The translations under genes were made by a program, and so were the position numbers. The notes under the pieces are model-generated. The model had not been told where the DNA came from. It saw nothing but the letters and a program-made list of their open reading frames with translations, and ran no database searches. Positions 14,087 to 28,304 of a DNA stretch of 64,000 nucleotides are shown here, piece by piece (within the stretch, counting starts at the first letter, position 1; each line of letters opens with the position of its first letter). Origin of the DNA: the human T2T-CHM13v2.0 reference genome, Homo sapiens; NCBI RefSeq assembly GCF_009914755.1, contig NC_060927.1. The stretch is one strand, 5' to 3'.

Positions 14087-14407
14087 CGGACTTACTGATT
14101 TACCCTAATCGGCTCTGTTGTTTCACACAATATCTTCTTACTTTATCATTAAAGTTGGGATGAGTTTATGTAATATACATCATAAATTATCATATATTTT
14201 CAGTCTTTATGAAGAAGAATACAGCTTTTGGAGGGTATTTTTCCTATGTAGTCAATAAGGATGAACAACGTTATATATTGATACAGAACAAATATAAAAC
14301 AAAAACTATTATGTCCCATGTGAAATGCTGAACCTCAGTGCTTTATTTCAATACAGGACTGGGGACTAGGCAGACGTGAGCTGGAATCCTCATTCTGCCA
14401 TTTCATA

Positions 14408-14528
14408 CAGTGGTTCTCAAACCTGGCTGCCCATCAGAATGCCCTGTGGGTGTCCATTCAATTAAATCAGCCTCTGGGGTGTGGAGAGGAGGAGGGCAAG
14501 GAGATCTGGGCATTGGTATTTGTTAAAA
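14408..14528. mobile_element. MER5-type hAT MITE fragment
   Basis: CAGTGGTTCTCAAACCTGGCTGCCCATCAGAAT terminus. Confidence 0.65.
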
Positions 14529-14608
14529 ACAAAAACAAACAAGTTATTGAAATCAAGTTGAGAGTTTAGTAGCTGTGTGAATTAGGGACATTGATTTACC
14601 CTGAGACT

Positions 14609-15054
14609 TGTGTATTCCCTAGGGCTGCCATAACAAAGCACTACAAACTGGGTGGGCTTGAACAAAAACAAATGTATTGTCTACAAATATCTGGAGGCCA
14701 GAAGTTCAAAATCAGTGTGCCAGCAGGGTCTTTCTCTTTTCCAAGGCTCTAGGGAAAGTATCTGTTTCATGCATATCTCTTAGCTTGTGATAGTCTCTCG
14801 GATTCCTCGGCTGTTAGATGGCTACATCTTCTCCATTGTTTCTTCACATCATCTTTCCTCTGTGCATGTCTGTCTCTGTGTCGAAATTTCTTCTTATTAT
14901 GAGAACACTAGTCTCATTAGAGTCCACCCTAATGAACTCATTTTATTTTGATTACCTCTGTAAGGACCGTATTCCTAAGAAAGGTCGTATTCTGAGATAT
15001 TGGTGGTTAGAACTTCAAATATATTTTTGGAGGGACATAATTCAACACATGACA
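14609..15054 (-). mobile_element. MLT1B/C-type MaLR solo LTR
   Basis: CCTAGGGCTGCCATAACAAAGCACTACAAACTGGGTGG..GGAGGCCAGAAGTTCAAAATC..GGACATAATTCAACACATGACA. Confidence 0.85.
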
Positions 15055-15594
15055 GTTACTATATGCATCTGGAAAATGGGGATAATAATCGCACTTCTTT
15101 CATTTTATTGAGAGAATGAAGTGGGATCATTTACTTAAAATGCTTATTGCAACATTAAGTTGGAAATAAGCTATTTTAATATTTGCTGGGTATCAGAATC
15201 ATTATTTTAATATTTTGTTCTCATTATCATTATTTATTTTATGATCTTTTATTTTTCCCTTCCTTTTCAGAGGAATACCCAAGACTTTTGTGCTCCTTTG
15301 GGCTCAGGAGAGTTTTTTATTGCAGGGTCAAGAAGTAGAAGCTGACTCAAGACAGTTCCCCTCCATATCTTTCAAGGCATCATGAAAAGTGTCTGAAAGC
15401 AAGGCACTTAACCATTGTTACCCATTCCATACATTTACCAGAATTACCACATGTGTACCGCTCTGTAGAATATGAGCCCAGGGTTGTCAGATTTTCTAAT
15501 TCTTTGAGTACACCAGAAATTCAATTTGTGTGTAAAATCTACCAAAAATTGAATGTTGACAACTAATTTCATTCCTGCCTAACTCACTCCAATT

Positions 15595-15732
15595 TCAATG
15601 ATGTCATGTTAGTAGCATAAAATTGGTTATATTGGGAGTAGTTACACCACTAAAATCAGGAAGCTCTACAAACCAGGGTGTTTTTTTTTTTCTTTCTTGT
15701 GAGCCAGTAATTTAAAAACTACCAGCACATCC
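15595..15732. mobile_element. hAT DNA transposon end (MER63-like)
   Basis: GGGAGTAGTTACACCAC..CTACAAACCAGGG..GAGCCAG..TACCAGCACA resembles a hAT-Blackjack terminus; family call from memory. Confidence 0.5.
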
Positions 15733-15949
15733 TTTTTATTTTGCTTGCTTTTTTTGTTAATTTTTGTAATTTATAGTTTTCAAAGTTGTCCCCATCAGGG
15801 CAGGTTAGGTAGTATGACTTAATAATGTCCTGAAAATTATCTATCTCTGCCTGACTAATATAGGTCATTTTACACACATAAGTTGGTTTTTTACATTTCA
15901 AAGAAATATGTTTAGCTATAATATCTGTTTCCATCTTCAAAATAGCAGG

Positions 15950-16085
15950 TAGTTATCATTATCCCCATTACATAAATGAAGACACTAACTACTCAGAGAA
16001 GTTAATTAAACTTTCTGAGGTCGCATAGTGTATCAGTGAATAGTTAGTGAATCAGTAAATAGATTTGAATCCAACTCTACTGATG
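15950..16085 (-). mobile_element. MIR SINE fragment
   Basis: ATTATCCCCATTACATAAATGAAGACACT..CTCAGAGAAGTTAATTAA..AGGTCGCATAG..GATTTGAATCCA. Confidence 0.7.
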
Positions 16086-17123
16086 CTCAGTTCACTGTGT
16101 GCCCCCACTGTGGCTCCTTTCATATTTAGGGCACTATAAAGAGCTATGTCAGGTTCCAAAATCTGTGTTTCGTGACCTAGCACAGTAGCGCCTTAATGAA
16201 TAGTTAATGAATGAATGGGTCAGGATAAAGCAAATCCATTATCCATCAGTTCTTGAGAGTTCATGGGAAATTTCCATCACATGATCTCCATGGTTTTGCC
16301 CTGCCTGCTCCTTCTCTTAGGAAGTTAACAATTCCACCCATATCTAAGGCCCAGCCCTTTAAAGACAGAGAGTGGTGGTGGTTTGGTTAGGGGTACAGGG
16401 AATCTCCATCCCCAGACAGACTTGACACATCGTATGTTCTCAGAGTACAAGAGAGTCACCAGGAAAAGCAGAGTACTGGCTGTGACTGCAATTGTCAACT
16501 CTTGTTTCCCCACTGCCACCTTCAGAGTGTGTAAAGCAGAAATGCATGTGCCTTTTCCTAAGACCTGGAGGCAATTTTCTCCTGCCTCAGATGTGAAAGA
16601 GCACAAGAAACATTTAACCCCACACACCACCCGACTGCCTGCACTAAGTGAACTGGGCCAGAGGGTACATCTTTTTTTGTAAAATTACATTTCTAGGTAC
16701 ATCTTCCAAAAAAGAAGTTTACTCTGATTAACCTGGTTCCCAGCCAAGAGTGACTCAGGGCATCTTCCAGTGCAAAAAGCTAGCCTCTCCTGAAAACTGC
16801 TCCAAAACTTTCCCAAACTTTCCCTTCCGATCTACAGGTTGCAGCTAATGTTTAAGTGTCTGCAGTATAATTAGAAGTTGCTAAACTATCAAACCACAGC
16901 TTGCTCGGCCTCCCAACTAAATCACTGGGTTCAAACTTACTATTGTGTCTTCAGAGCTAATTGATGTATTTAAATGGTTCAGGAAGAAAAGTTCTTTGGA
17001 CCGTACTTACAACATTTCTGTAAGGTTGTAATTGTTTCAAAATAATTTTAAAAAGTTAAAATACTCACCTAGTTGTTGACTTTTTAAACATTAAAATATT
17101 TTAAACTTTAAAATATACACCTA

Positions 17124-17831
<708 letters not shown>

Positions 17832-17919
17832 CTAATCAGAATGCATATTTTAAAACCAGTAGCTTAAAAGCCATACCTACCAATAAAAGTCAACAACTAG
17901 CTGAATATTTTAACTTTTA

Positions 17920-18225
17920 AAAATTATTTTGAAACAATTACAACCTCATAGAAATGTTGCAAGTACAGTCCGAAGAACTTTTCTTCCTGAACAATTTCCC
18001 AATTAGTTGCCTACCTAATACCCATCACCCCCTGCATATTTTAGAGTGCAGCTCCTATGAACATGGATAGCCCTCCTACAAAACCCCAATAAAACCATCA
18101 AAATCAAGAAACGGATATTTCTAGATTACTACTGTCTAAATCCCAGACCCAATTCCAGTTTCACCAATTGTTCCAAAGGTGTTCTTTATAGTAAAAGAGT
18201 GTAATATAGCATCATGCATTGCTAA
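17920..18225 (-). mobile_element. L1MC-type 3' end fragment
   Basis: TTTTGAAACAATT..GTTGCAAGTACAGT..CCATCAAAATCAAGAAA..CAGTTTCACCAATTGTTCC. Confidence 0.65.
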
Positions 18226-18802
18226 ATGGTTGACTTTGACACCCTTTATCACGATGAATATCAACTACTATTCAGGTTTGTATGGGTTTATATTTAGCCT
18301 CAAATTTTTCCTTTTTTTCTTCCTGTACAGTTTATTTATATTCACTGTTTTATTCACTCTATTGAGGTAGATAATGTGGGTTAAGGAATTCCTTATAGTG
18401 ATGGAGAAAGTCACATTGAATAAAATAAAAGAAGTGGCACTTAACTAATTTTTTTGCAGAGCTCATCATGGTTGTTTTATTAAAACTAAAAGTAAAGCTT
18501 AGAAATAAATATGACTTTTAAAAGGTAATATTTATTGCATTTCTTTTAAAGAAATGATTAATAATAGCATTTTAGAAATAATAATAGCAAATAATATTAA
18601 TTGAGCATTTTACTCTTTATAATGTATCTAACTTAATTTTCACACAACTTAGCAGACATTATTATTATTTTCTCTGTTTTGCAGTTGAGATAGCTGAATG
18701 TCTGTCATCATTTCCAGTTAAATATGTAAAAAGGGGATTTGTAGTGTCAGCACAAATTTCTGAGAGATATATGAGTTGTGTTGTGGCATTTTCTCACTTC
18801 AT

Positions 18803-19009
18803 TGACGTCAGAACACACAGTGCCATTTGCTTTTGAAATGCAGGGCAGGAAGGCACTCAATTTATTAAAAAAGACTCCTGTGAATTTTCTCTGAGTTAGA
18901 TTTTGAATACATTGGCCCTTCCTCAAACCTCGGCAGTACTGGCTTTTCCACTGAGAGAGTTCTGATTGTCCGTGTTTCTTCGTCTTCTGATAGAGCGCAG
19001 AAGGTAAGG
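18803..19009 (+). promoter_or_regulatory. Candidate promoter/first exon: palindromic CRE, TATA-like element, 5' splice donor
   Basis: TGACGTCA at 18803-18810; TTTATTAAAA at 18861; AAG|GTAAGG at 19001-19009; locally raised CpG density in non-repeat DNA. Motif evidence only. Confidence 0.35.
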
Positions 19010-19127
19010 GTAAAGGACGAGAAAATGTCTTTCTTGCAGGGTGGCTCAGAAATACATAATGATACAAATCATGTGAGGTTCCTCGCTTTTACTTTCTTTT
19101 CATCCAGGGCCATCTCCAGCGTGCCTT

Positions 19128-19544
19128 GTGTATCGTCCATTGCTGGTTTGGATTTTCTAGAGGGTGAAAGCCGAGATTTAGATACTAATGTCAAAAGGCC
19201 TATTGGCAAGAACTTGTGAAAGGAAAAGAGAGGAAGCAGGATTGCGGTGAATGGGGCATTAGACTGTGCTTTAGGACTGACAGAGTCTCTGCCAGGCCAA
19301 TGGAGAGCTCTGCGGTAAGGACGGTCCCTTAGAATCGTCTTGTGTTAGGCAGAGATGGTTAGGAAAGGTAGGTGCCACTACCTCGCTCAGTTATGGGCCC
19401 CCAAAATAGCTTGACTTTATCTCAAAAGCTGAGGAGAATCCTGCTAGGGCTAACAGCTGAGGCCATTAGCAAACCACACTCTCACAGCTGGGCAGCAAGG
19501 CATTTCTTGAGGAATCTCAGTGGCACATTTCTGTGCCTGACACA
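19128..19544 (-). mobile_element. ERVL LTR (LTR16-like)
   Basis: GGAGAGCTCTG..AAAGCTGAGG..GGGCTAACAGCTGAGG..CAGCTGGGCAGCAAG..GGAATCTCAGTGGCACA..ACA resembles antisense LTR16. Confidence 0.65.
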
Positions 19545-19799
19545 GAGTGATATATTCATGGAATATTTCATGGGGAAATGAGAACTGGAATTAGAGTCAA
19601 ATAATATGAGAGTCAGTTTTGATTTTTCTGTTTACTAGCTATGGCACTTTGGGCATTTTACGCCTTATTTTCTTCCTCGGTAAACAGGGAACATAATGTA
19701 TATCAACCATAAAGACTGGTGGTAAGGCAAAAATAAGGTATTGCATACGCAGATGTTTTGGTTAGTTTTAGAAGTGCTTTGAGATTTTATTATGATGGT

Positions 19800-19852
19800 T
19801 TTATTATTATTATTATTATTATCAGCATCATCATCATTATTATTGTTATTAT
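19800..19852. repeat. Compound (TTA)n(TCA)n microsatellite
   Basis: TTATTATTATTATTATTATTATCAGCATCATCATCATTATTATTGTTATTA. Confidence 0.9.
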
Positions 19853-19865
19853 GCCCTAATGGCAC

Positions 19866-21870
19866 TCAATCATTCATTCATTCCTTCTTTCTTTCATTGA
19901 GCAACTCTTAATTGAACATCTACTATGTACCATGTTCCTTCTTAGCACCGATCTCAGTACTAAAGATTAGTGAAATAATTGGCATCCCTATTTACAAGGA
20001 GCTTGCATGCCAGTAGTAGGGAAAATGTATACATATACACACATACAAACACACACATGTAAATTTGTATATATGTGTACACATATATGTATGTGTGTAT
20101 ATTTACATATATAGTAAAATAATAAACATATACTATATCAAGTGATGATAAGTGCCTGGGAAGAAACAAAGCAAGAGAAAGGAGGAATGTGGGTTTCATG
20201 ACCAAGGCAGAACTCACTGATAGAGTGATATTTTGGTGAGATAGGAAGAAAGTAAAAGTGATTCAAGAGACTTACTGCAGGAGGAACCATTAGACAGAGA
20301 GGCCAGCAGTTGCAAAGGCCCTGAGTATGAATGTGCCTAGAATATTCAAAGAGCAGCAAGGAATAAAATGTGGTTTGAGTGCTTGAGCTAAGGGAATGTG
20401 AAAGGAGATGGAGTCAGAGAGGCAGTCAAGGTGCAGTTCACATGGGGCCTTAGCAGCTATGGTAAGGACTTGAGTTTTGTTTGATAAGAGGGAAAGTCAT
20501 GGTAGAAATTTGAGCATAGCTGGCATTATCTGATAGGCTGGTGTGTTAAGAATTGATTGTATGAGAGGGAAAACTGAACAGAGAGACCAGTTACCCAGCT
20601 CCTATAAAAAGCCAGGAGGGATATGATGGTAGCTCAGACCAGAGTGCAAACTTTAAATTTGAAATGAAGCGATTGGATTCTGGACACATGTTTAAGGTAA
20701 GATTAACAGTATTTACCAAGAGAGAGGATGCAAAACATGAAAGTAAAAGAGCAGCAAAGATGATTCCACAAAGCCATCAGCCTGAACAACAGAGAGAAAG
20801 CCACTGGCATATATGGAAAAAGCCGAAATGTGTAGCATGTTGATGGGCCAGTGGGGGTAGCAACTGGGGAAAGATCAGGGTCTGAGTTTTGGAGAAAAAA
20901 AATTGACATGTTATGTTCATCATCCTAGTGGAGATGTTGAATAGACAGTTGAGTGAAAGGGTTCTGGGGGTCCAATTGAGGACATCAATTTGGGAGCTGT
21001 CAGCCTAGAAATAACATTTATTGCCAAGAGAATGCTTTTGTTGAGATGTTGTTGAGATTATCAAGGGAGTGAGTCTGGGTTGAAAATAGAAGACACGTGA
21101 GAACTGAGCTTGGGAACTCAACATGTAGCTGCCTGTAGAATGCGAGGGTATCAGGGAAGGCTGCTGAAGAGGAGCCTCTTGTGAGGTAGGAAAAGAAAAA
21201 AGAGAAAGTAGTCTCCTGGAGTCCAGGTGCATGAGATGTTTCAAGGAAGAGGTCGTGATCAACTGTGTTAAGAGCTGCTGCCTGATGGGGTAAGATAAGG
21301 ACCGAGGATGGCCCATCAGACATATCAAGGGAAAGTTATTTTGTGAACATAACAAGGGCTGTTGGGGAGAAATGGAAGGCAGAGGTGGAAACCTGATTGA
21401 ACTGTGATTTTTAGAAAAGTAGAGGAAAAATTTGGGAGTTGTGTAGAAAAATTACCACAGAGTTTTTCTGGAAAGAGGCAGGAATGAAATCATGGTGGAG
21501 GAGATATAGAATAAATAGATTGTGCTTTGGGGGCATATTGGGAAATATGAGAGTATTCTTAGGTATTGATGTGTTTGATCCAGTAGAGGCAGATATCATG
21601 ATTCAGGAGAGACTGGGCAGTTTTAGCAGAGGAAGTACTAAACAAGCAAAGGGTGTGGGATAGAATACACAGAGAAGGGTTGGCATCAGGAGCAAGGGTA
21701 GAACATCTGTAGAAACACATGCTTTGAGCCTGCAGATGCGTGGAGGTAAGTAGCTGCAATGGGAAAATATGTGGAGAATCTCCTGAGGTCTTCTATTTTC
21801 TCAGTAAAAATTCCCAATCGGATAATGAGGTCTTAGAAGAGGAACTTGGGGTTAAAGAAGAAGCGAGAAA
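19866..21870 (-). mobile_element. Long L2 LINE remnant (3' end at left)
   Basis: CATTCATTCATTC..ATTGAACATCTACTATGT tail, then TGCAAAGGCCCTGAG, GTGGAGATGTTGAATAGACAGTTG and TTTCAAGGAAGAGG..GATCAACTGTGT antisense L2 motifs; donor of the 17.1-kb duplicate. Confidence 0.85.
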
Positions 21871-23958
21871 TGGTCAGATTAAAATCTACCAGGAGTTGTC
21901 AAATCCTTTCTTGAAAGGTCACAAAGTAACTGCTCTGATTATAGTTCCTTTCCAAATGATGGCTCTGTCTAATAAGAAAGTTTTAACAAGAGAAACCTGA
22001 ATTGTAACTTGAGTTTCAAGTTCCCCACTTTCTACCTGTACAAGATTTGGAAAATCATTTCACTTCTCTAGGTTTCCATTTACTTGTCTTTTAGGAATTA
22101 GACAAAATCAGGGCATGCACATTTATTTGAGCATGAGTCTCCTTAAAACGTTTTATATCATGACCCACTAAACACACAAAATGAAGTACACACCTATGTA
22201 TTTGCAAACTTGAAGTTTAAAAAACAATGCTTACCTTTATTTTATATGTGCTTACGATGCTCTCTGATGTTTTCTATTCTAGGCTAATAGATTTATTCTA
22301 ATATATTTTATTTTGCTGTTGTTTGTTTGCTTGTTTGTTTTAAGCCTGGCTGATCTGATTAGGAAGAAGGTTCACAACCCACAAATAGGACATGATCTAC
22401 AATTTGAAAAGCACTCACAGTTTGAAAAGTCACTTCCTTAAGTGCCTCTTATTATTTAATTATGAGATTCTGTGAACTCTCAGGGAGAACATAAGGGCTA
22501 AAATGACCTCAGTCACAGAAGGCATATTATGAACATGTGATCAGAATCAAGAGCTGGACCATACACTGATTTTGTTGAAAAAAATAAACAAGCTAGTTAC
22601 CAAGATTTTAAGATGGAGTGATTCTACAATTTGGATTTCTAGTGCCTCTGAAAAAGTCAGAACTGGCACGGTTGGCCTGGTCTCTCACTGAGCTTTCCGG
22701 TTTATTTACCCTCCCCACACCTGGCCCACTTCATTCATTTTGGTCACCAGCTCTGCCCCTATAGCCGTAGAAGTTAGGAACCCATGCTGTAGTTTAAGAA
22801 CAATACCAATTTTGAGGCATCTCCTTAACCAAATTATGATACGTAAATGTTTATTGAGCATTTGAAAAAGGCCCAACATTTTACTAGATGTTGTAGAGAA
22901 AATGAAAACTTTCAGTGACTTCATTCTGCAAGATTCCAGTTCACTTAGAATATTTTAATAAGCATAGACTTCTCACAGATGACCAGAAATCAGACACCCA
23001 TGTGAAAGTCTAATGTCAGAAAAAGAAACCTGTCTGTAAGTGGGGAGGCCCTGCATCCCACTTTTCCAGGGACAGAGTCAGTTTGCACTTTATTGTTCCA
23101 GTGTTACCTGGTTTCTGCAATAACTTATACAGTCATTGTAACTAAGGATTAATTAATCTTTTTATTTATTTTTTGTTTCTTTGAGCACCAATTCTTAAAA
23201 CAGCATTTGTGGCTTTAGTCCCTGTATTATGCAGTTGGCCATAGGAGCCTCCATCATGCTCACCACCTATTGTCTATTTACAGCCTAACTGAAAAAAAAA
23301 TGGGGTCCTAATTTGATTATTTGACCAGAATTTTTGTCTTCACAACCCATGAGTTCACTTTTTCTTTCAAGTGTGCTGAAACAAAATCTACCATCTGCAC
23401 TGCCAAATACTTAAGTAAGATGTGTTATAACACTATTTAAAAAGATATTCTTGACAGCAGGAAAAATATCCAGCCTGTGACAGACTCAGGCTCTCAGGGT
23501 CTTCTCCTTTTAACTCATAGTTCTACCCCATTGTTGCTTTCAAAGGTAAATAATCTGGTCCCTAGAATGCAGTGAAGAGAATCAGTGCAGAGGCTTGGGT
23601 TATGATATGAAGTGATCAGAATTGATGGTTACTGACTGGACAGCTACTACTCAGAATGACTGCTGGCCATTTATTGATTAATCTGTCCAAGCACCATGGC
23701 ATATTTCCTCCTCTAATTGCTGGCAAGCCAGGAAGTTGTGGCGAAACCAAGTGTTGGCCAAATATGAAGCTACCAGGAGGACTGGGGGTTAGTTGATGCC
23801 ATTTGCCACTTTAGTTGGCATCACAAGCAAGCATGGCAGATTAGATGTTATCTTCACCAAAAACGAGAGTGCTTTCAGTGTACAATTTATCCTTATTTTT
23901 GATATCCTGTATTGAGACACTTACTATTCCCTTATCTATAATGGCAGATGTTAAGCTG

Positions 23959-24015
23959 GCGTGTGTGTGTTTGTCTGTGTGTGTGTGTGTCTGTGTGCGT
24001 GTGTGTTGGTGTGTT
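23959..24015. repeat. Interrupted (TG)n microsatellite
   Basis: GCGTGTGTGTGTTTGTCTGTGTGTGTGTGTGTCTGTGTGCGTGTGTG. Confidence 0.9.
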
Positions 24016-24583
24016 GTTTTGTTTTAGACACATGATTGAAATAAATCGTTATTCCCTAAGGTATTAGTATAACTGCCTAAACTGTTCTTTTCTTCAATGT
24101 CAGAGGTCACAAAAGATGGGACGTCTAAATTTAGATTCAGCAATGCCAACCCCCCACTAAGTGGCAGGACCCTGCCATCCCCATAACCGAAAGCAAAACA
24201 AGCAAGCAAACTAAGTCTCCAATCAGAAATATTATTTAAAACAATCTAAGTTGTATCCCTTATAATGTGGATCAGTACCTTGCTGGATTTTACTAGAATG
24301 GGCCAATGTGTAGACTGACAGAGGAGACATTAATAACACTGAAATATATGGGTGTTGCCAAATGTTGGGCTTAACATGACTTCAGTGGGTTAAGGAGCCA
24401 TCATAAATTCTTGGAAAAGTGTTTTTTAAAGTAGTCCTAACTGATAGTATTTTGGCCAATAGTGGAGTGATTCCATGAAAATAAGAACGTTTCCCTAAAA
24501 ATGAACTGGGAAAATAAAATTCTGTTTTTGCCCTATGTTAATAACTTTATTACATTTTACTTTAAAGACCTCAAGTGAGCAAG

Positions 24584-25061
24584 AGTAGTGGTTTGAGTGG
24601 TGGCCCCTCAAAATCTATGTTCATGTCCTAACCACCAGAACCTGTACACGTGAGCTTATTGGGCTCACAATAGAGTTTTTGCAGAAATAATTAAGGATTT
24701 TGAAGTGAGAACATCATAGTTTATATGGATGGACTCTAAATCCAATGATGAGTGTACCTAGAAGAGAAAATCAAGTAGAAATAGTTACAGCAGAAGAGAC
24801 ACAGAGAAAAGGAGAAGGCTATGTGTAGAGGGAGGCAAGATGGTGTAGTTATGCAGCAGAAGCTGGGGAGCTCCTGGAGCCACCAGAAGCTGGAAGAGTC
24901 AAGGAAGAACCTCCCTTAGAGATTCTGGAGGGAGTGATGCCCCCAACACCTTGATTATAAACTTCTAGCTTTTAGACCTATTGGAGAACACATCTCTGTT
25001 GTCTTCAGTCACTTAGTTTGTGGTCATTTTTTAAATGGCTGCAACAGTAAGAAATGAATAT
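24584..25061 (+). mobile_element. MLT1C-type MaLR solo LTR
   Basis: GTGGCCCCTCAAAA..CTAAATCCAATGA..GCCACCAGAAGCTGGAAGAG..AGTTTGTGGTCATTT. Confidence 0.85.
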
Positions 25062-26334
25062 AGCAAGGGCACTGGAAATTATTGTTTTAGTACTTCCCCC
25101 CCATTTGATCCAAACAATTAAATTGCTTTGGGCACTGATCGCCATTATTTTCCAAAATAATTTACTATAAAAAGAGAAGTTATTTAGTCAAATGAATGCT
25201 GGGTTAGGCAAAATTGCACTGCAAAATGAGGATTTGTTTTATCTTACCACTTTTCTTGATGGGAGTGAGTGGGGGAGATGATGACTTATCTACATTATTT
25301 CTACTAAAGGAGAACATAGTGGCATAACGGGAAAGGAAAGGACCTCTTGGAACATTTTTCCTAATTAAAAATAATGGAGAAGACTTTGTTAACAAGTGGA
25401 GATGTATTAACCCAGGGACATGTGTCTGCTCTTCCAAGTCGAGAAGGCAGACTTCCAAATACTTCCAGAATAATCATTCATCCTTGATAGTGGTTTAAAA
25501 TAAAGGAGTCCCTAGAGAGAAGAGGTATGGACATTCATAAAGTTTTGTTTTTCATTCTATCCAAGTTATGATAGAAAGAAGTGGCTGGGAGAGTGTATAC
25601 ATGTTTCAGAGTAGCCCTCAGCCAAATAGTGAGTAAGGAGATAAAGACAAAATCAGATCCTTCCAACAAACCTATTGTGTTCTTGAAAAACCTCTTTCAT
25701 TGATCAGTAAGTATCGACACTAAAATATTTCCCAGTAAGATTAATCAAAAGACCCACCATTTGATTTAAGATTTTCTAGCTTCCACGAATTCTCTCTTTT
25801 CAGTTAATAAGGAAATTAATGTAAACATTAACAAGGGAGTGATTTCTACAGCAGGGTAGGTCAGCCATGATCATCTCAAGCCACGCTACATTCAGTAAAA
25901 ATCTTCAAGGGAAGAAGAATGGCCTGGACTACCCTGCAAGCCAAGGTCTTTCTGCCGATTGGTAGGGGAGGACATTTGGTATCTCTGGTGTTCACCATGA
26001 CGCTTAGAAACTTAGAAGCAAACATACCCATAGACATGTGCTTTGCAGACATTTTGACCCAACAACCACGTTTCTAGGACTCATGGCAATCATAGTAATG
26101 CACGTAGATTTATCTGTGAGGATCTCAGTGATATTTATTAACAGCTAAAAAAGTCAAACAATATCCAAATATAGAAATTAATTTAAAATTGCCCATGGAG
26201 ATCACAGAATAACAGTACTTTTACAAGATTACAATTTTTACAAGATTACAAAGGTCTATTATTGATATAACCAAATGACAGATTACAAATCATTGTTTAT
26301 TGCATTATCTTATTTTGTAAAAAATAAATAAAAA

Positions 26335-26412
26335 TGGGTTGGTGGAAAAGTAATTGCGGTTTTCACCATTACTTTTAATTGCAAATCTGCAATCACTTTT
26401 GCATCAACATAA
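26335..26412. mobile_element. MADE1 (Hsmar1-derived mariner MITE)
   Basis: GGTTGGTGGAAAAGTAATTGCGGTTTT..CATTACTTTTAAT..GCAATCACTTTTGCATCAAC: ~80-bp imperfect palindrome matching the MADE1 consensus. Confidence 0.92.
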
Positions 26413-28304
26413 TACATGTAGAGAAAATGAAGAAGAAAGTAATATAATAGGTTATTATCTGTGATTATCAATCTGGCCAATTTCAGTTGATTGCCATTTT
26501 CTTCTTTTTCTCCAATATATACTGATGTGTATGTCATTCTGTGAGGGGTAACATTCTACTTTATAAAGACATATGAATAAAACATATAATTGCTAATTCT
26601 TGTTGAAAAATCCCCAAATCTCAACTGGAATTTTTTTTGTTTACCATCTACCTTCTAGTATGTTAGAATTAATGGCCTTTAAGGTTAAATGTTAGAAAGG
26701 CATATATTTTTCTAACTTCATATATTTCCTTCCTTTCTGCCTTCCATTCTTTCATTCTTTCACTCTTTCTTTCTTGAGTTCTAATGAAGAGGCCTTGGGA
26801 AAGAAAAACAAATAAAACTTACCTGAATAATCAGAGCATAATGTTAATGATTACACAATACTTACTGATTATATAATACTTAATATTTTTGAGGCCATAG
26901 ACCTTTACAGAATTTGCTGAAAACTGTTGATCTTCTCTCCAAAAAATGTACTTATGCAACATTTCATATATAATTTTTGGGAGAAGGTGGTAATGGAGCC
27001 ATGGGTGAATTTGTTCTTTGTATTCCCAACAATTTTTTATAATGAATGAAAGACTCCAGTGATAAGTTTCCCTGTTTACTGCATACTTGGGAAGCCTAGA
27101 TCTCTAGCTCTCCTCTGTGAAATCCAATTAAACTAGTTTGTTAAAGAGATCAGATCTTTATACTTGAGAACTTCCACTGTTTTCTTATAAGGATATTTGT
27201 TGAATTAGTTTTATAAATGCAGTATGAACACATACTTTGAATGCCGTAAGTGGTAAGCAAATACACACCTGATATACATGTAATGAGATGTTCACAGGTC
27301 TCTTAGCCACTCACGTGCAAGTTCTTACTAGAGTGAAATTAGGAAAACTGTTTACTCACTGGAACTTGAGTGAGCTTCCCTGCTAGAGAAGGAAGAAAAG
27401 AACTTGCTTATTACCACAAAGAGAAGATGACAAAAGATGGACAGTAAAGTGCGAAGCTAGAGAAATAGGAAAAGGCTATAGATTAGGTGAGATGATCCCT
27501 CCTCATAACCCATCCAATGTAAACTGGTGAAATTACTGAAGTTACAAAATGCTAAACTAGAAGGGATGTTTTTTTCCCAGTGCAAAGTCTTGAAGGAACT
27601 AAACTTTATCTTTAGCCTACCTTGAGGAAGAACCAAGGTAGAGGAAATGGATGAAGAGGTGAAAACAAGGGTTCTGCCAAGAATTTTCAGAAGTTTGTAA
27701 AATTCGCAAAGGCCATGGAATGAAGTTCAGATAAGGTTTAACCAAAACCCTGAAGGATATTGAGACACAACTGATTTCTGGGTTGCATCTTTTTGATACT
27801 TAAATTATACATGTTTGAATCATTTATAATTTAGATATGCTCTTATAAAGAAAAAATATCTTGGCTTTAAGAACTCTGTTATAGTTACACACACTGTCTA
27901 AAATTAGGCATATTATAGAATTCACCACAACTTGTGGGCTTTCTTTGGTGTTGATGTTTTTTGCCAGCAGTTGAAGGTGAACAAAGGGCTTTGAAGAGGA
28001 CAAAGGAATCTCCCATCCCTGCTAAAAAAATACTGAAATGAGGCTCCATGAGTATCTTCGTTTCTTTTTCTAAATAATTGTCTCGTATCCAGAGGCTGAT
28101 GTTGGCATAGGTTGTCTACCTTGAGCACAAGACTTGTAATGCAGGAGAATTACTGAGTGTCCTGCGGTTCCTGCTGATGGAGGGAAGGCACCTTCCGCAC
28201 AGGTGAAGCTCTGGCCACAGGATCATCCTCAAACTGATAGCCTCCGAGTCTGACTTTTCCAGCTGGAGGGAGAGAACTGCTTGGTTTCTATTGAAATCAC
28301 TATT

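Noticed and set aside
26218-26252. Small tandem duplications (TTTTACAAGATTACAA x2; also near 16806, 22402, 35747)
   Set aside because: Ordinary slippage-scale repeats, common in AT-rich DNA
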